Assembly (NCBI GenBank): GCA_029559475.1
Contig: JAKQBN010000030.1
Coordinates: forward strand, 10,756 to 74,755
Reading direction: 5' to 3'
Length of the DNA: 64,000 nucleotides
Source: a bacterium
GTDB taxonomy: Bacteria > UBA4055
Shown here piece after piece: positions 1 to 8,417 of this stretch; position 1 is the stretch's first letter, and each line of letters starts with the position of its first letter. A program made the position numbers and the translations under genes. The notes beneath the pieces are model-generated. The model worked only from the letters and a program-made list of their open reading frames with translations. It did no database searches and had not been told where the DNA came from.

Positions 1-1
1 G

Positions 2-421
2 AATCTTCTTCAGCACAGGTTCCCGATGCTGCTTGTCGACAGGCTGCTTGAACTTACTCCCAACGAAAGGGTCGTCGGTCTGAAGAACGTAACCATGAAC
101 GAAGATTTTTTCAACGGCCATTTTCCAGGAGAACCAGTGATGCCCGGCGTGCTGATAATTGAAGCTATGGGTCAGACGGGCGGTCTTCTTCTAATGAATT
201 CTATTGAAAATCCGAGCACAAAGTTAGTCTATTTCACAGGTCTTGATAATATAAAATTCAGAAGGACCGTTGTTCCAGGAGATCAGCTTATAATGCATGT
301 TGAGATCACAAGGCCCTTGTCGCACGGTATCTGTAAAATGAAAGGAATCGCTTATGTTGACGGACAGAAATGCGCAGAAGCCGAAATGACCGCGATGGTT
401 GTTGATAATAACAGAAAATAA
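2..421 (+). CDS. fabZ: 3-hydroxyacyl-ACP dehydratase FabZ, 5-prime partial (gene continues upstream of the window, possibly as an LpxC-FabZ fusion)
   Basis: The reading frame is open from position 2 and translates ...[15 protein letters not shown], matching the FabZ hot-dog motif LPHRYPFLLVDRV. The downstream GHFPGxPVMPGVL motif is also present, and lpxA follows immediately. Confidence 0.8.
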   Translation, partial: NLLQHRFPMLLVDRLLELTPNERVVGLKNVTMNEDFFNGHFPGEPVMPGVLIIEAMGQTGGLLLMNSIENPSTKLVYFTGLDNIKFRRTVVPGDQLIMHVEITRPLSHGICKMKGIAYVDGQKCAEAEMTAMVVDNNRK

Positions 422-438
422 AAATTCAAGGATATTTT

Positions 439-1206
439 ATGATCCACAACACTGCAATAGTTTCATCTAAAGCCGAGATTGGCAACAATGTCGAAATAGG
501 ACCTTTTACGATCATCGAAGAAAAAGTTAAAATCGGCGACAACTGCAAGATCGGAGCTCATGTAACTCTTGCATCCGGAACAGTGCTGGCCAACGATGTT
601 AAGGTCTTCAACGGCGCTGTTCTTGGAACCGTGCCTCAGGATCTCAAGTTCTCAGGTGAAGACACCACACTTGAAATAGGGGAAAGAACAGTTATCAGGG
701 AATACGCGTTTCTTAACCGGGGAACTAAATACAGCTATAAAACTGTTGTGGGTAAAGACTGTTTTATTATGGCTTTCGTTCATATTGCGCACGACTGTGT
801 AGTCGGGGACGGCTGCATACTAGCAAACGGAACTCAGATAGCCGGACACTGCAGCGTTGATAAAAACACTATCCTGAGTGGACATGTTCTCATTCACCAG
901 TTCACTCAGGTGGGATCATACTGCATGGTAGAAGGCGGAGCGAAGATCAAAAGGGACATTCCGCCCTATTTAATGATAGCAGGAGAACCCGCAAGATTCT
1001 CGGGACTGAATAAAGTGGGTTTAAAAAGAAGAGGTTACACCGAAGAGGACATTCAGAAGCTGTCGGATGCCTACAGAACAATTTACAGAAGCGGAATAAC
1101 AACTGTTGAGTCTATTGAATTGCTCGAAAGAAATTTTTCCGGTGATAAACAGATAGCGCTGATCACGGAATTTTTAAAAAGATCCAAGCGCGGTATTGTA
1201 AGATAA
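439..1206 (+). CDS. lpxA: UDP-N-acetylglucosamine O-acyltransferase LpxA
   Basis: The 255-aa product has left-handed beta-helix hexapeptide repeats along its length. It has the typical LpxA length and sits directly downstream of fabZ. Confidence 0.9.
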   Translation: MIHNTAIVSSKAEIGNNVEIGPFTIIEEKVKIGDNCKIGAHVTLASGTVLANDVKVFNGAVLGTVPQDLKFSGEDTTLEIGERTVIREYAFLNRGTKYSYKTVVGKDCFIMAFVHIAHDCVVGDGCILANGTQIAGHCSVDKNTILSGHVLIHQFTQVGSYCMVEGGAKIKRDIPPYLMIAGEPARFSGLNKVGLKRRGYTEEDIQKLSDAYRTIYRSGITTVESIELLERNFSGDKQIALITEFLKRSKRGIVR

Positions 1207-2015
1207 TGTCTTTAAAAGGGATTAGATTTATAGATACCGGGTCTAATCACGGCCGTTTCAACATGGCAGCTGATTATTATACAGCAAGATACCTTCTTGA
1301 CAAACCTGCATTCAGGGTTTACCGCTGGGTTCCGTACTGCGTATCGCTCGGTTATCATCAGAAACTGGAAGAGATCGATACAGAATTGTGTAAGGAACGC
1401 GGATTCGATATTGTGAGAAGGGAGACTGGCGGAAGAGCCGTATTTCATTCAGAAGAACTTACTTATTCGATGATAATCCCTAAAGAATCGGAATTTTATT
1501 CAGATTCTATTCTCGATGTATATAACAGGATCAGCAACGTACTCGTAAAAGCTCTCCAGGCGTCCGGAATAAAAGATGCGGATCTGAAAAAAGGAAAAGC
1601 GCCGGATTTTAAAGAACTTTACAAAGAAAAACTTTCATCGGTGTGCTTCTCCTCTACATCAACCTATGAAGTTGTTATCGGCGATAAAAAACTTGTCGGA
1701 AGCGCTCAGAAAAGACTTAAGGAATCTGTGCTTCAGCACGGCTCAATACTTGTCGGAGATAAACATCTTGAACTGATCAATCTTTTGAATATTGAAGAAA
1801 GGCTGAAAAGTAGATTTACACAAATCACAAAAAGCAAGACCGCTTCTGTTACTGATGTAATCAATATTAAAGATCATGAAACATTTTACTATGACTTGAA
1901 AAAAGAATTACGCAAAGCACTTGAAGATGAATTCGGAGAAAACATCGAAAATTACAGCTTCTCAGAAAAAGATTTACTTGAAATTAATAAGATTGAGAGT
2001 TATTTTAACCTTTAA
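1206..2015 (+). CDS. lipoate-protein ligase family protein (BPL/LplA/LipB catalytic domain)
   Basis: The 269-aa product carries the RRETGGRAVFH motif (the RxxGGGAV-like lipoyl/biotin ligase signature). Its ATG overlaps the lpxA stop by 1 nt (TAATG), which suggests translational coupling. Confidence 0.55.
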   Translation: MSLKGIRFIDTGSNHGRFNMAADYYTARYLLDKPAFRVYRWVPYCVSLGYHQKLEEIDTELCKERGFDIVRRETGGRAVFHSEELTYSMIIPKESEFYSDSILDVYNRISNVLVKALQASGIKDADLKKGKAPDFKELYKEKLSSVCFSSTSTYEVVIGDKKLVGSAQKRLKESVLQHGSILVGDKHLELINLLNIEERLKSRFTQITKSKTASVTDVINIKDHETFYYDLKKELRKALEDEFGENIENYSFSEKDLLEINKIESYFNL

Positions 2016-2038
2016 GAATTTTCAAAAAAGGAGACAAA

Positions 2039-2806
2039 ATGAAAAAAATAATTATAGCATCCATTCTTACGCTGATTTATCAGGCTTATGCTCTTTTCGG
2101 AATCGGCGGTCATATCGGAATAGATGACACTAATGTCAGCGGAAAAACAGTTGACGCATATTCGATAACAATGTCTGGGTACGATTACTCATATAGTCTG
2201 TCTAGGGACGGTATAAAAGCTCCGTTAACATTCGGCGCTCAGATGTATTTCGACATTCCCATAATCCCGATTGGTTTTGAAGCTGATTTTGAAGGCGTAT
2301 GGGCATCATATTCGTGGAAAGGTGCGAATAAACTTACCGGACCGGGTGGAAATGATATAGAATTAAGATTCACCGGTTATGATTATCCTGTTTCAGAATA
2401 TAAAGAAGAATTCGATTTCGTTAAACTCGGAGTTGACGTTACAGGCAAATGGTATATATTTTCTTTGCCACCTGTGGTTAACACTTTTAAATTCTATGTA
2501 GGCGGAGGTGTCGGTTTTTATTTCATTACTCCGATAGTTACAGAAAAACTTATTAAAACCGAGCTTGAGAAAAATTATGCCGATCACCTACCGTCAAATG
2601 ATCAGATATCATTCGATGTCGATGAATATATCGAAAAAGTTTCCGTATTCGGATATCACGCAGTTGCCGGTGTCCAGCTTAAAATCCCTGCACTGCCTGT
2701 AGCTTTCAATGTCGATTATAAATACGTATCGACCCCGGAGAACGATTACGGCGATGCTACGAACGAATTCAGCATAATCAAAGGAAGCTTAAGCTTTTAT
2801 TTATAA
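2039..2806 (+). CDS. hypothetical outer-membrane beta-barrel protein with signal peptide
   Basis: An N-terminal hydrophobic signal is followed by alternating aromatic and glycine-rich beta-strand-like segments. The protein ends in an aromatic residue. Confidence 0.4.
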   Translation: MKKIIIASILTLIYQAYALFGIGGHIGIDDTNVSGKTVDAYSITMSGYDYSYSLSRDGIKAPLTFGAQMYFDIPIIPIGFEADFEGVWASYSWKGANKLTGPGGNDIELRFTGYDYPVSEYKEEFDFVKLGVDVTGKWYIFSLPPVVNTFKFYVGGGVGFYFITPIVTEKLIKTELEKNYADHLPSNDQISFDVDEYIEKVSVFGYHAVAGVQLKIPALPVAFNVDYKYVSTPENDYGDATNEFSIIKGSLSFYL

Positions 2807-2817
2807 TTATCGTTAAA

Positions 2818-3804
2818 TTAATCGTTCAACAATAGCACCATCAGCTCGGAAAAACTGATCCCGCTTGCTTTGGCTGACTCGGGCACAAGCGACAGCTCGG
2901 TCATTCCCGGCAGATTGTTTATTTCGAGGAAGTAGAATTTTCCGTCCTTTTCTGACAAAATGAAATCTATCCTAGCGTAATCTTTGCACCCTACCGCGGT
3001 ATATATTTTCTCCGCATAAGAATTAAGAATTTTAACCTGCTTATCAGTCAGTTCCGCAGGGCATACGTGGGTTGTTACGCCCGGAGTATATTTATGCTCG
3101 TAATCATAGAATCCTTCGTTCGGGATAAGCTCGATAGAGTGGAACGCATGCCCTTTTATCACAGGTATGGAAAGCTCTCTTCCATTTATATATTCTTCGA
3201 TAAAATATCTGTCTTTGACCTGTTTCATCATTTTTACTGTCGTTTCAAGATCTTTTTCAGAATGAATGATCGATACTCCAACCGAAGAACCCTGACCGAG
3301 CGCTTTGATGACAACCGGATAGCCATATGGTTTTAAAAGTTTTTTTAAAGCAGTAATACTATAATCTTTTTCAGAAATAAATTCCCATTTCGCCGTGGGG
3401 ACACTGACGCTTTTAGCAATTACTTTGGACATGTTCTTGTCCATGCATACCGCGCTTGTCTTATGGTCCGATCCGACATAAGGTATCTGAAGAAGTTGCA
3501 AAAGCGCCTGAATTTCGCCGTTCTCTCCTTCACCGCCGTGGAGGCCGACAAATACTTTATCAGGTTTAAGTTTTACAAGCTGTTTTGAAAGCTCGAGAAC
3601 ATTTTCCGGGGTATTTTTCACATCGCCTTTTTCAGCATATTTAAAATTTTTATCCGCAGTGTAAACTTCTTTCGGAAATGCGGTATCCATAAAAAAGCTT
3701 TCATATCCGGCGATGAAAATTCCTCTGGCTACGGCCTGACCTGTTTTTAAGCTGATCTCCCTTTCTGTTGAAAAGCCGCCGCATATTGTTAAGATCTTTT
3801 TCAT
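2818..3804 (-). CDS. ddl: D-alanine--D-alanine ligase
   Basis: The 328-aa product begins MKKILTICGGFSTEREISL. It has the ATP-grasp architecture typical of Ddl, including the conserved GLHGGEGENG-like segment. Confidence 0.9.
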   Translation of the reverse strand: MKKILTICGGFSTEREISLKTGQAVARGIFIAGYESFFMDTAFPKEVYTADKNFKYAEKGDVKNTPENVLELSKQLVKLKPDKVFVGLHGGEGENGEIQALLQLLQIPYVGSDHKTSAVCMDKNMSKVIAKSVSVPTAKWEFISEKDYSITALKKLLKPYGYPVVIKALGQGSSVGVSIIHSEKDLETTVKMMKQVKDRYFIEEYINGRELSIPVIKGHAFHSIELIPNEGFYDYEHKYTPGVTTHVCPAELTDKQVKILNSYAEKIYTAVGCKDYARIDFILSEKDGKFYFLEINNLPGMTELSLVPESAKASGISFSELMVLLLND

Positions 3805-3935
3805 AAACTTCCCTTGTTTAATTTTGAAGAATTATAACGAAAATACCTGGTAAATAAAACAAAAATTAAATAAATTTCCCTTTTCATTTTCTGATAAAAT
3901 GTCCTATTTTGAACAACAACAAAGACGGGAGCATT

Positions 3936-6242
3936 ATGAAATACTTATCGGTCCTTGTCACCCTTCTTACGTCAATCCTTATTTCCGGCGAATTGACATT
4001 CACTTATGAATTCGAAAAACCTTACGTTGCTGATAATAAAGTATTCATGTCTGGATGCGACCGTTCCATAATCGCTTTTTCACCTGCTCTTGTTTTAAAA
4101 CAGGTCAGACTTCTGCTTCCTGACGGAGAAAAAGCTGTTTCGTATGAAATCGAATATGGAAAGCCTGTTACTCTTGAAGGGACTTTTGACATTTCGCCGG
4201 TAGAGGCTTCGGGCAGACTCTCAGTCGAACCTCCTTCTAATATTAAAGGAAATAGATCTGAAGTATATTCGAAAGATGAATTTTATCCTGTAAAATTGAA
4301 CTCGGAAAGGTTCTTCACTCAGTATAAGAACGGGCATCCGGTATTTATGACAATATTAAATCCCGTTCAATACAATCCTATTTCAAAAAATCTCAGATAT
4401 TTTCCAAATATGACGATTCATATAAGCACCATATCAGATTCAAAGTCTTTGAAGATGAAGAAGAACACCTCCCAAATCCAGACCGCTTTAAAAAAACTGG
4501 TCGATAATCCTGATGATGTAATATTTTCAGATTATGACGATAAAGTAAAATCGGGTTACGATTATCTTTTAATCACTCCCTCATCTTATATTTCCGATTT
4601 CACAAACTTTGTAAGCTTCAATCAGAGAAGGGGACTTGCTACGTCCGTAAAATCTGTCGAAACTATCTATTCAGAAATGTCAGGCACTGACAATCAGGAA
4701 AAGATCAGGAACTATATAATTCAGGAATATACTAACAACAGTATTTCTTATGTTCTGCTTGGTGGAGATAATGAACTCATACCCTGCAGAGGATTTAGAG
4801 CAGAAATAATGGATTACGGTACAGATTACTACGATGAAACAAATATTCCTGCAGATATGTATTACGGATGTCTTGACGGGACATGGAAAACAGGCTCAAG
4901 CAGCTATTATGGTGAATCAGGCAGCGAAGATCTTTTGTGGGAGGTATATGTTTCCAGGTTCGCTGTTGACAGCAGGACCGAAGTTAATAATCTTATCCAG
5001 AAAACGATTGAATATTCCGAGCAGCCGATCGCGGGAAAAACCGCAAAAAATCTGCTGGTCGGCGAACTTCTCTGGAGTGCAGATCCTGATCTTGGATGGG
5101 TGGATTCTTACGGAGGCGACTGTATGGACGAGTTTCTGGGAACATGCACGAATAACAGTTATTCCACAACAGGTTTTTCTAATTCATGGCTGACATCAAA
5201 AGTCTATGAAAGGGATCTCGGTTCATGGACTAAAACAACTTTGATAAATAAGATCAAGAATGATGATGTTACATGGATCGATCATCTTGGACATTCAAGT
5301 AATACCTACAATATGAAACTCTACAATACGGATATTACTACGACAAATTTCAACAATGACGGATCATCCGCAGCGGCTTTCATTCTTTATTCGCAAGGCT
5401 GCTATTCGGGATCTTTTGATAACAGAGATCACTACGGAAGTTATATTACAACGGACTGTATTGGAGAAGCTTTCACTACATTGTCTAACGGCGCAGTGGC
5501 TTATATCGGTAATTCCAGATATGGGCTTGGGTCTCCTTTCAATACTGACGGTTCAGGCCAGAGATTCCACAGATATTTTCACCACGCCGCGTTCAGTCAG
5601 GGAATTAATAATCTCGAGAAAATGAACGCCTATTCAAAAGAGGTTAACGCAGCTTTGATACTCGAGGATGATATAAATGTCGGACCTTATTTCGGCCAAT
5701 GCAAATGGATAGCTTACACCGTGAACGCCCTGGGTGATCCTGCACTGGATATCTGGACAGCTGAACCACAGAGTATTACCGCATCTGTTTCTGATTCAGT
5801 TGGACCGGGAGGTTCAAGCGTAGAAATGCTTGTTGATACGGATGTGCCTGGAGCAACTGTAGCGGTCTTTTTCGAAGGTTCATATCTTTACGCTCTTACT
5901 GCAGATTCAAACGGCAACGCTATGCATTCTGTTGATCCTACAGCTGGAACCCTTGAATACTATGTTACTAAACATAATCATTTCCAAGAATATTTAACTT
6001 TCGAAGTTGTTCCACCGCTAGATTCTCCGTTAAATGTAGTAACTTCTGTATCATCAGGCTTGCTAACTATAAACTGGAATGCCGTATCAGGCGCTAATTC
6101 CTATAGGATATACAGCGCTGACGAACCTTATGGAAATTATACACATCTGATAACGGTCGGAACTAACTCCTGGAGCACTTCAGCTGCTGTAGTAGCAAAA
6201 AAGTTCTATTATGTTATAGCTGACAGCGAACAAATAAAATAG
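3936..6242 (+). CDS. peptidase C25 (gingipain-like cysteine protease) family protein with signal peptide and C-terminal Fn3-like domain
   Basis: His (WIDHLGHSS) and Cys (YSQGCYSG) dyad motifs are spaced as in C25 peptidases, and the N-terminal region is gingipain-like. The ATG at 3936 is preferred over the TTG at 3909 because a GGGAG Shine-Dalgarno lies 4 nt upstream. Confidence 0.6.
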   Translation: MKYLSVLVTLLTSILISGELTFTYEFEKPYVADNKVFMSGCDRSIIAFSPALVLKQVRLLLPDGEKAVSYEIEYGKPVTLEGTFDISPVEASGRLSVEPPSNIKGNRSEVYSKDEFYPVKLNSERFFTQYKNGHPVFMTILNPVQYNPISKNLRYFPNMTIHISTISDSKSLKMKKNTSQIQTALKKLVDNPDDVIFSDYDDKVKSGYDYLLITPSSYISDFTNFVSFNQRRGLATSVKSVETIYSEMSGTDNQEKIRNYIIQEYTNNSISYVLLGGDNELIPCRGFRAEIMDYGTDYYDETNIPADMYYGCLDGTWKTGSSSYYGESGSEDLLWEVYVSRFAVDSRTEVNNLIQKTIEYSEQPIAGKTAKNLLVGELLWSADPDLGWVDSYGGDCMDEFLGTCTNNSYSTTGFSNSWLTSKVYERDLGSWTKTTLINKIKNDDVTWIDHLGHSSNTYNMKLYNTDITTTNFNNDGSSAAAFILYSQGCYSGSFDNRDHYGSYITTDCIGEAFTTLSNGAVAYIGNSRYGLGSPFNTDGSGQRFHRYFHHAAFSQGINNLEKMNAYSKEVNAALILEDDINVGPYFGQCKWIAYTVNALGDPALDIWTAEPQSITASVSDSVGPGGSSVEMLVDTDVPGATVAVFFEGSYLYALTADSNGNAMHSVDPTAGTLEYYVTKHNHFQEYLTFEVVPPLDSPLNVVTSVSSGLLTINWNAVSGANSYRIYSADEPYGNYTHLITVGTNSWSTSAAVVAKKFYYVIADSEQIK

Positions 6243-6338
6243 AAAATATTCAGCCATTAAGTTTATCGAAATATCTAAATACCTGAAAAGAAAATAAATT
6301 ATTGAAAGAAGCGGATATTTATCATATATTTATCCGCC

Positions 6339-7457
6339 ATGAAAACAGAACACGTATATATTCACTTCCCCTTCTGCGTATCAAAATGCCCGTACTGCGA
6401 TTTCTTTTCCATTCCCTTTAACGATCCGGGAATTCATAAGAAATATATCGGCTATCTGCTTAAAGAGGTCGCCAATTATAATGAAATAACAGGACATCTA
6501 AAAAGCCTGTACATCGGAGGCGGTACTCCTTCGCTTATGCACCCGGATCTATTAGAAAAGATACTCAGCAGTTTCAGTTTTTATCCTGAATGCGAAGTCA
6601 CGATCGAAGTAAATCCGGCAACAGCTGACTTTAATAAATTAAGATCCTTTAAAGATCTCGGAGCGAACAGGATCTCTATCGGAACGCAGTCTTTTATTTC
6701 GTCCGATCTTAAAACGCTAGGAAGATCCCACGATGCAAATGATATTTACGAATGTTATGAAAACGCTAGAAAAGCCGGTTTTGAAAATATCAGCATTGAC
6801 CTGATTATCGGAATTCCCGGCCAGACTCCTGCTTCCGTTCAGTTTAACGCTACTGAGGCTGTGAACATTGCTCCGGAACATATTTCAACCTATATACTGA
6901 CATTTTACGACCATACGCCATTTTACAAAAAACTTGAAAGAGCTGAGATATTCAAGCATGATGACGACACGGAAATGGATTTTTTTGACCTTACTTCAGA
7001 GATATTAGAAAAATACTGTTATAAAAAGTACGAGATATCGAATTACTCGAAACCGGGAAAAGAATCGATCCACAATTCAAATACATGGAACTTCGGCAGC
7101 TATCTTGGCCTGGGAGCGGCCGCGCACTCTTTTTTTGGCAAAACGAGATGGGAAAATCCCAGATCGATCGAAAACTGGTATTACTCTGTTGTTAATTGCC
7201 GTAAAGCCTACAAAGAAACACAGTCAGACACTGTGTCATTAAAAAATGAATTCATAATGCTGGGGCTAAGAAGAACAGACGGTCTGAATACAGGATATTA
7301 CAGAGCCTTTTTCGGATCGGACATCATGGAAGATTATAAAGTCAGCTTAAACAAGTATCTCAATAACAAAATTCTCGTTAAAAACGGTGAATGTATCAGG
7401 TTCGATCAGAAAAAGATCGGGATCTTCAATTCTGTGGTTTCAGATATAATTCTTTAG
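6339..7457 (+). CDS. hemW: radical SAM heme chaperone HemW (oxygen-independent coproporphyrinogen III oxidase-like)
   Basis: A CxxxCxxC radical-SAM motif lies near the N-terminus (FPFCVSKCPYCDF), followed by the HemN-like C-terminal domain. The product is 372 aa. Confidence 0.8.
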   Translation: MKTEHVYIHFPFCVSKCPYCDFFSIPFNDPGIHKKYIGYLLKEVANYNEITGHLKSLYIGGGTPSLMHPDLLEKILSSFSFYPECEVTIEVNPATADFNKLRSFKDLGANRISIGTQSFISSDLKTLGRSHDANDIYECYENARKAGFENISIDLIIGIPGQTPASVQFNATEAVNIAPEHISTYILTFYDHTPFYKKLERAEIFKHDDDTEMDFFDLTSEILEKYCYKKYEISNYSKPGKESIHNSNTWNFGSYLGLGAAAHSFFGKTRWENPRSIENWYYSVVNCRKAYKETQSDTVSLKNEFIMLGLRRTDGLNTGYYRAFFGSDIMEDYKVSLNKYLNNKILVKNGECIRFDQKKIGIFNSVVSDIIL

Positions 7458-7458
7458 T

Positions 7459-7761
7459 TCATACCTCAAAATCAATAATAGCTTTATCTTCGATCACGCT
7501 CTCTATATAGGCTTTGACCTTCACGTGCTCAGGATTGTTAAGATAGTGCTCAAGATCCTTTTTGTTGCTGAACTCGGTGTAAAGTATCACATCATAAGCC
7601 TTTTCAGCGCTGGAGAAATTCATGCCTACTTCCATAGCTTTTATCTCTATAATAGTGGAAGTAAGCCTCTCGAGTCTCTTTTTAATTTCAAGAGCGTTCA
7701 TAGCGCTGTCCGCCGCACCGCGGTCTTTTTTCATTTTCCACATAACGATGTGTTTGATCAT
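7459..7761 (-). CDS. Dabb family (stress-responsive dimeric alpha/beta barrel) protein
   Basis: The Dabb-like start is MIKHIVMWKMK. The internal ATG at 7761 is preferred because AAGGAGG lies just upstream; the ORF-track start at 7800 would add 13 non-conserved residues. Confidence 0.6.
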   Translation of the reverse strand: MIKHIVMWKMKKDRGAADSAMNALEIKKRLERLTSTIIEIKAMEVGMNFSSAEKAYDVILYTEFSNKKDLEHYLNNPEHVKVKAYIESVIEDKAIIDFEV

Positions 7762-7775
7762 TTCGCCTCCCTTAG

Positions 7776-8417
7776 TTACTTTCCCCTCTCGTCTCCCCAT
7801 ATCGATTTATGAAGCTGTATCTGATACCTTACTTTCAGACCGTCCTTCAATATCATTTCAGCTATATCCCTGTGTGATATTTCTGACCCTTTTACTTTTG
7901 ATACAAGCACATTGCATCTTTCCTCCAGCCTGAACCTCAGATAGTATTCCTTGAATTCATTATAATCAATAATATTCTTCAGAACAAACTTTATTTCATC
8001 TTTTTTTGAGAGATATTTTAAATTATCTTCAAGAAAACTTCCGCTCTCTCCCGATCCATTCAGTTTGATATCGACTATATTGATAATCCTATCGGGCAGA
8101 CCTGCAATGGGGATGCTTCCGTTGGTTTCGACAAGGATCGTTTTTGACTCATCTATCAGATTTACTGCTTCGATGAGCGCTTCGATTTGAAGAAGCGGTT
8201 CACCTCCGGTAAATTCAGCGAGCAATGCTTTTGAAGAATTAATTCTTTCAGCAACTTCCGCCGGGCTCATGTATGTTCCTTCGGAATAAGCGTACTTCGT
8301 ATCGCACCATTCGCATCTGAGATTGCATCCGGTCAACCTGACGAATACGCAGGGAAGTCCTGCGTATGATGACTCGCCCTGAAGCGACTCGAATATTTCA
8401 TTTACTTTAAGTATCAT
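7776..8417 (-). CDS. queE: 7-carboxy-7-deazaguanine synthase QueE (radical SAM)
   Basis: The CxxxCxxC cluster motif (GCNLRCEWCDTKYA) and the N-terminal QGESxxxG motif are present. The product is 213 aa. Confidence 0.85.
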   Translation of the reverse strand: MILKVNEIFESLQGESSYAGLPCVFVRLTGCNLRCEWCDTKYAYSEGTYMSPAEVAERINSSKALLAEFTGGEPLLQIEALIEAVNLIDESKTILVETNGSIPIAGLPDRIINIVDIKLNGSGESGSFLEDNLKYLSKKDEIKFVLKNIIDYNEFKEYYLRFRLEERCNVLVSKVKGSEISHRDIAEMILKDGLKVRYQIQLHKSIWGDERGK

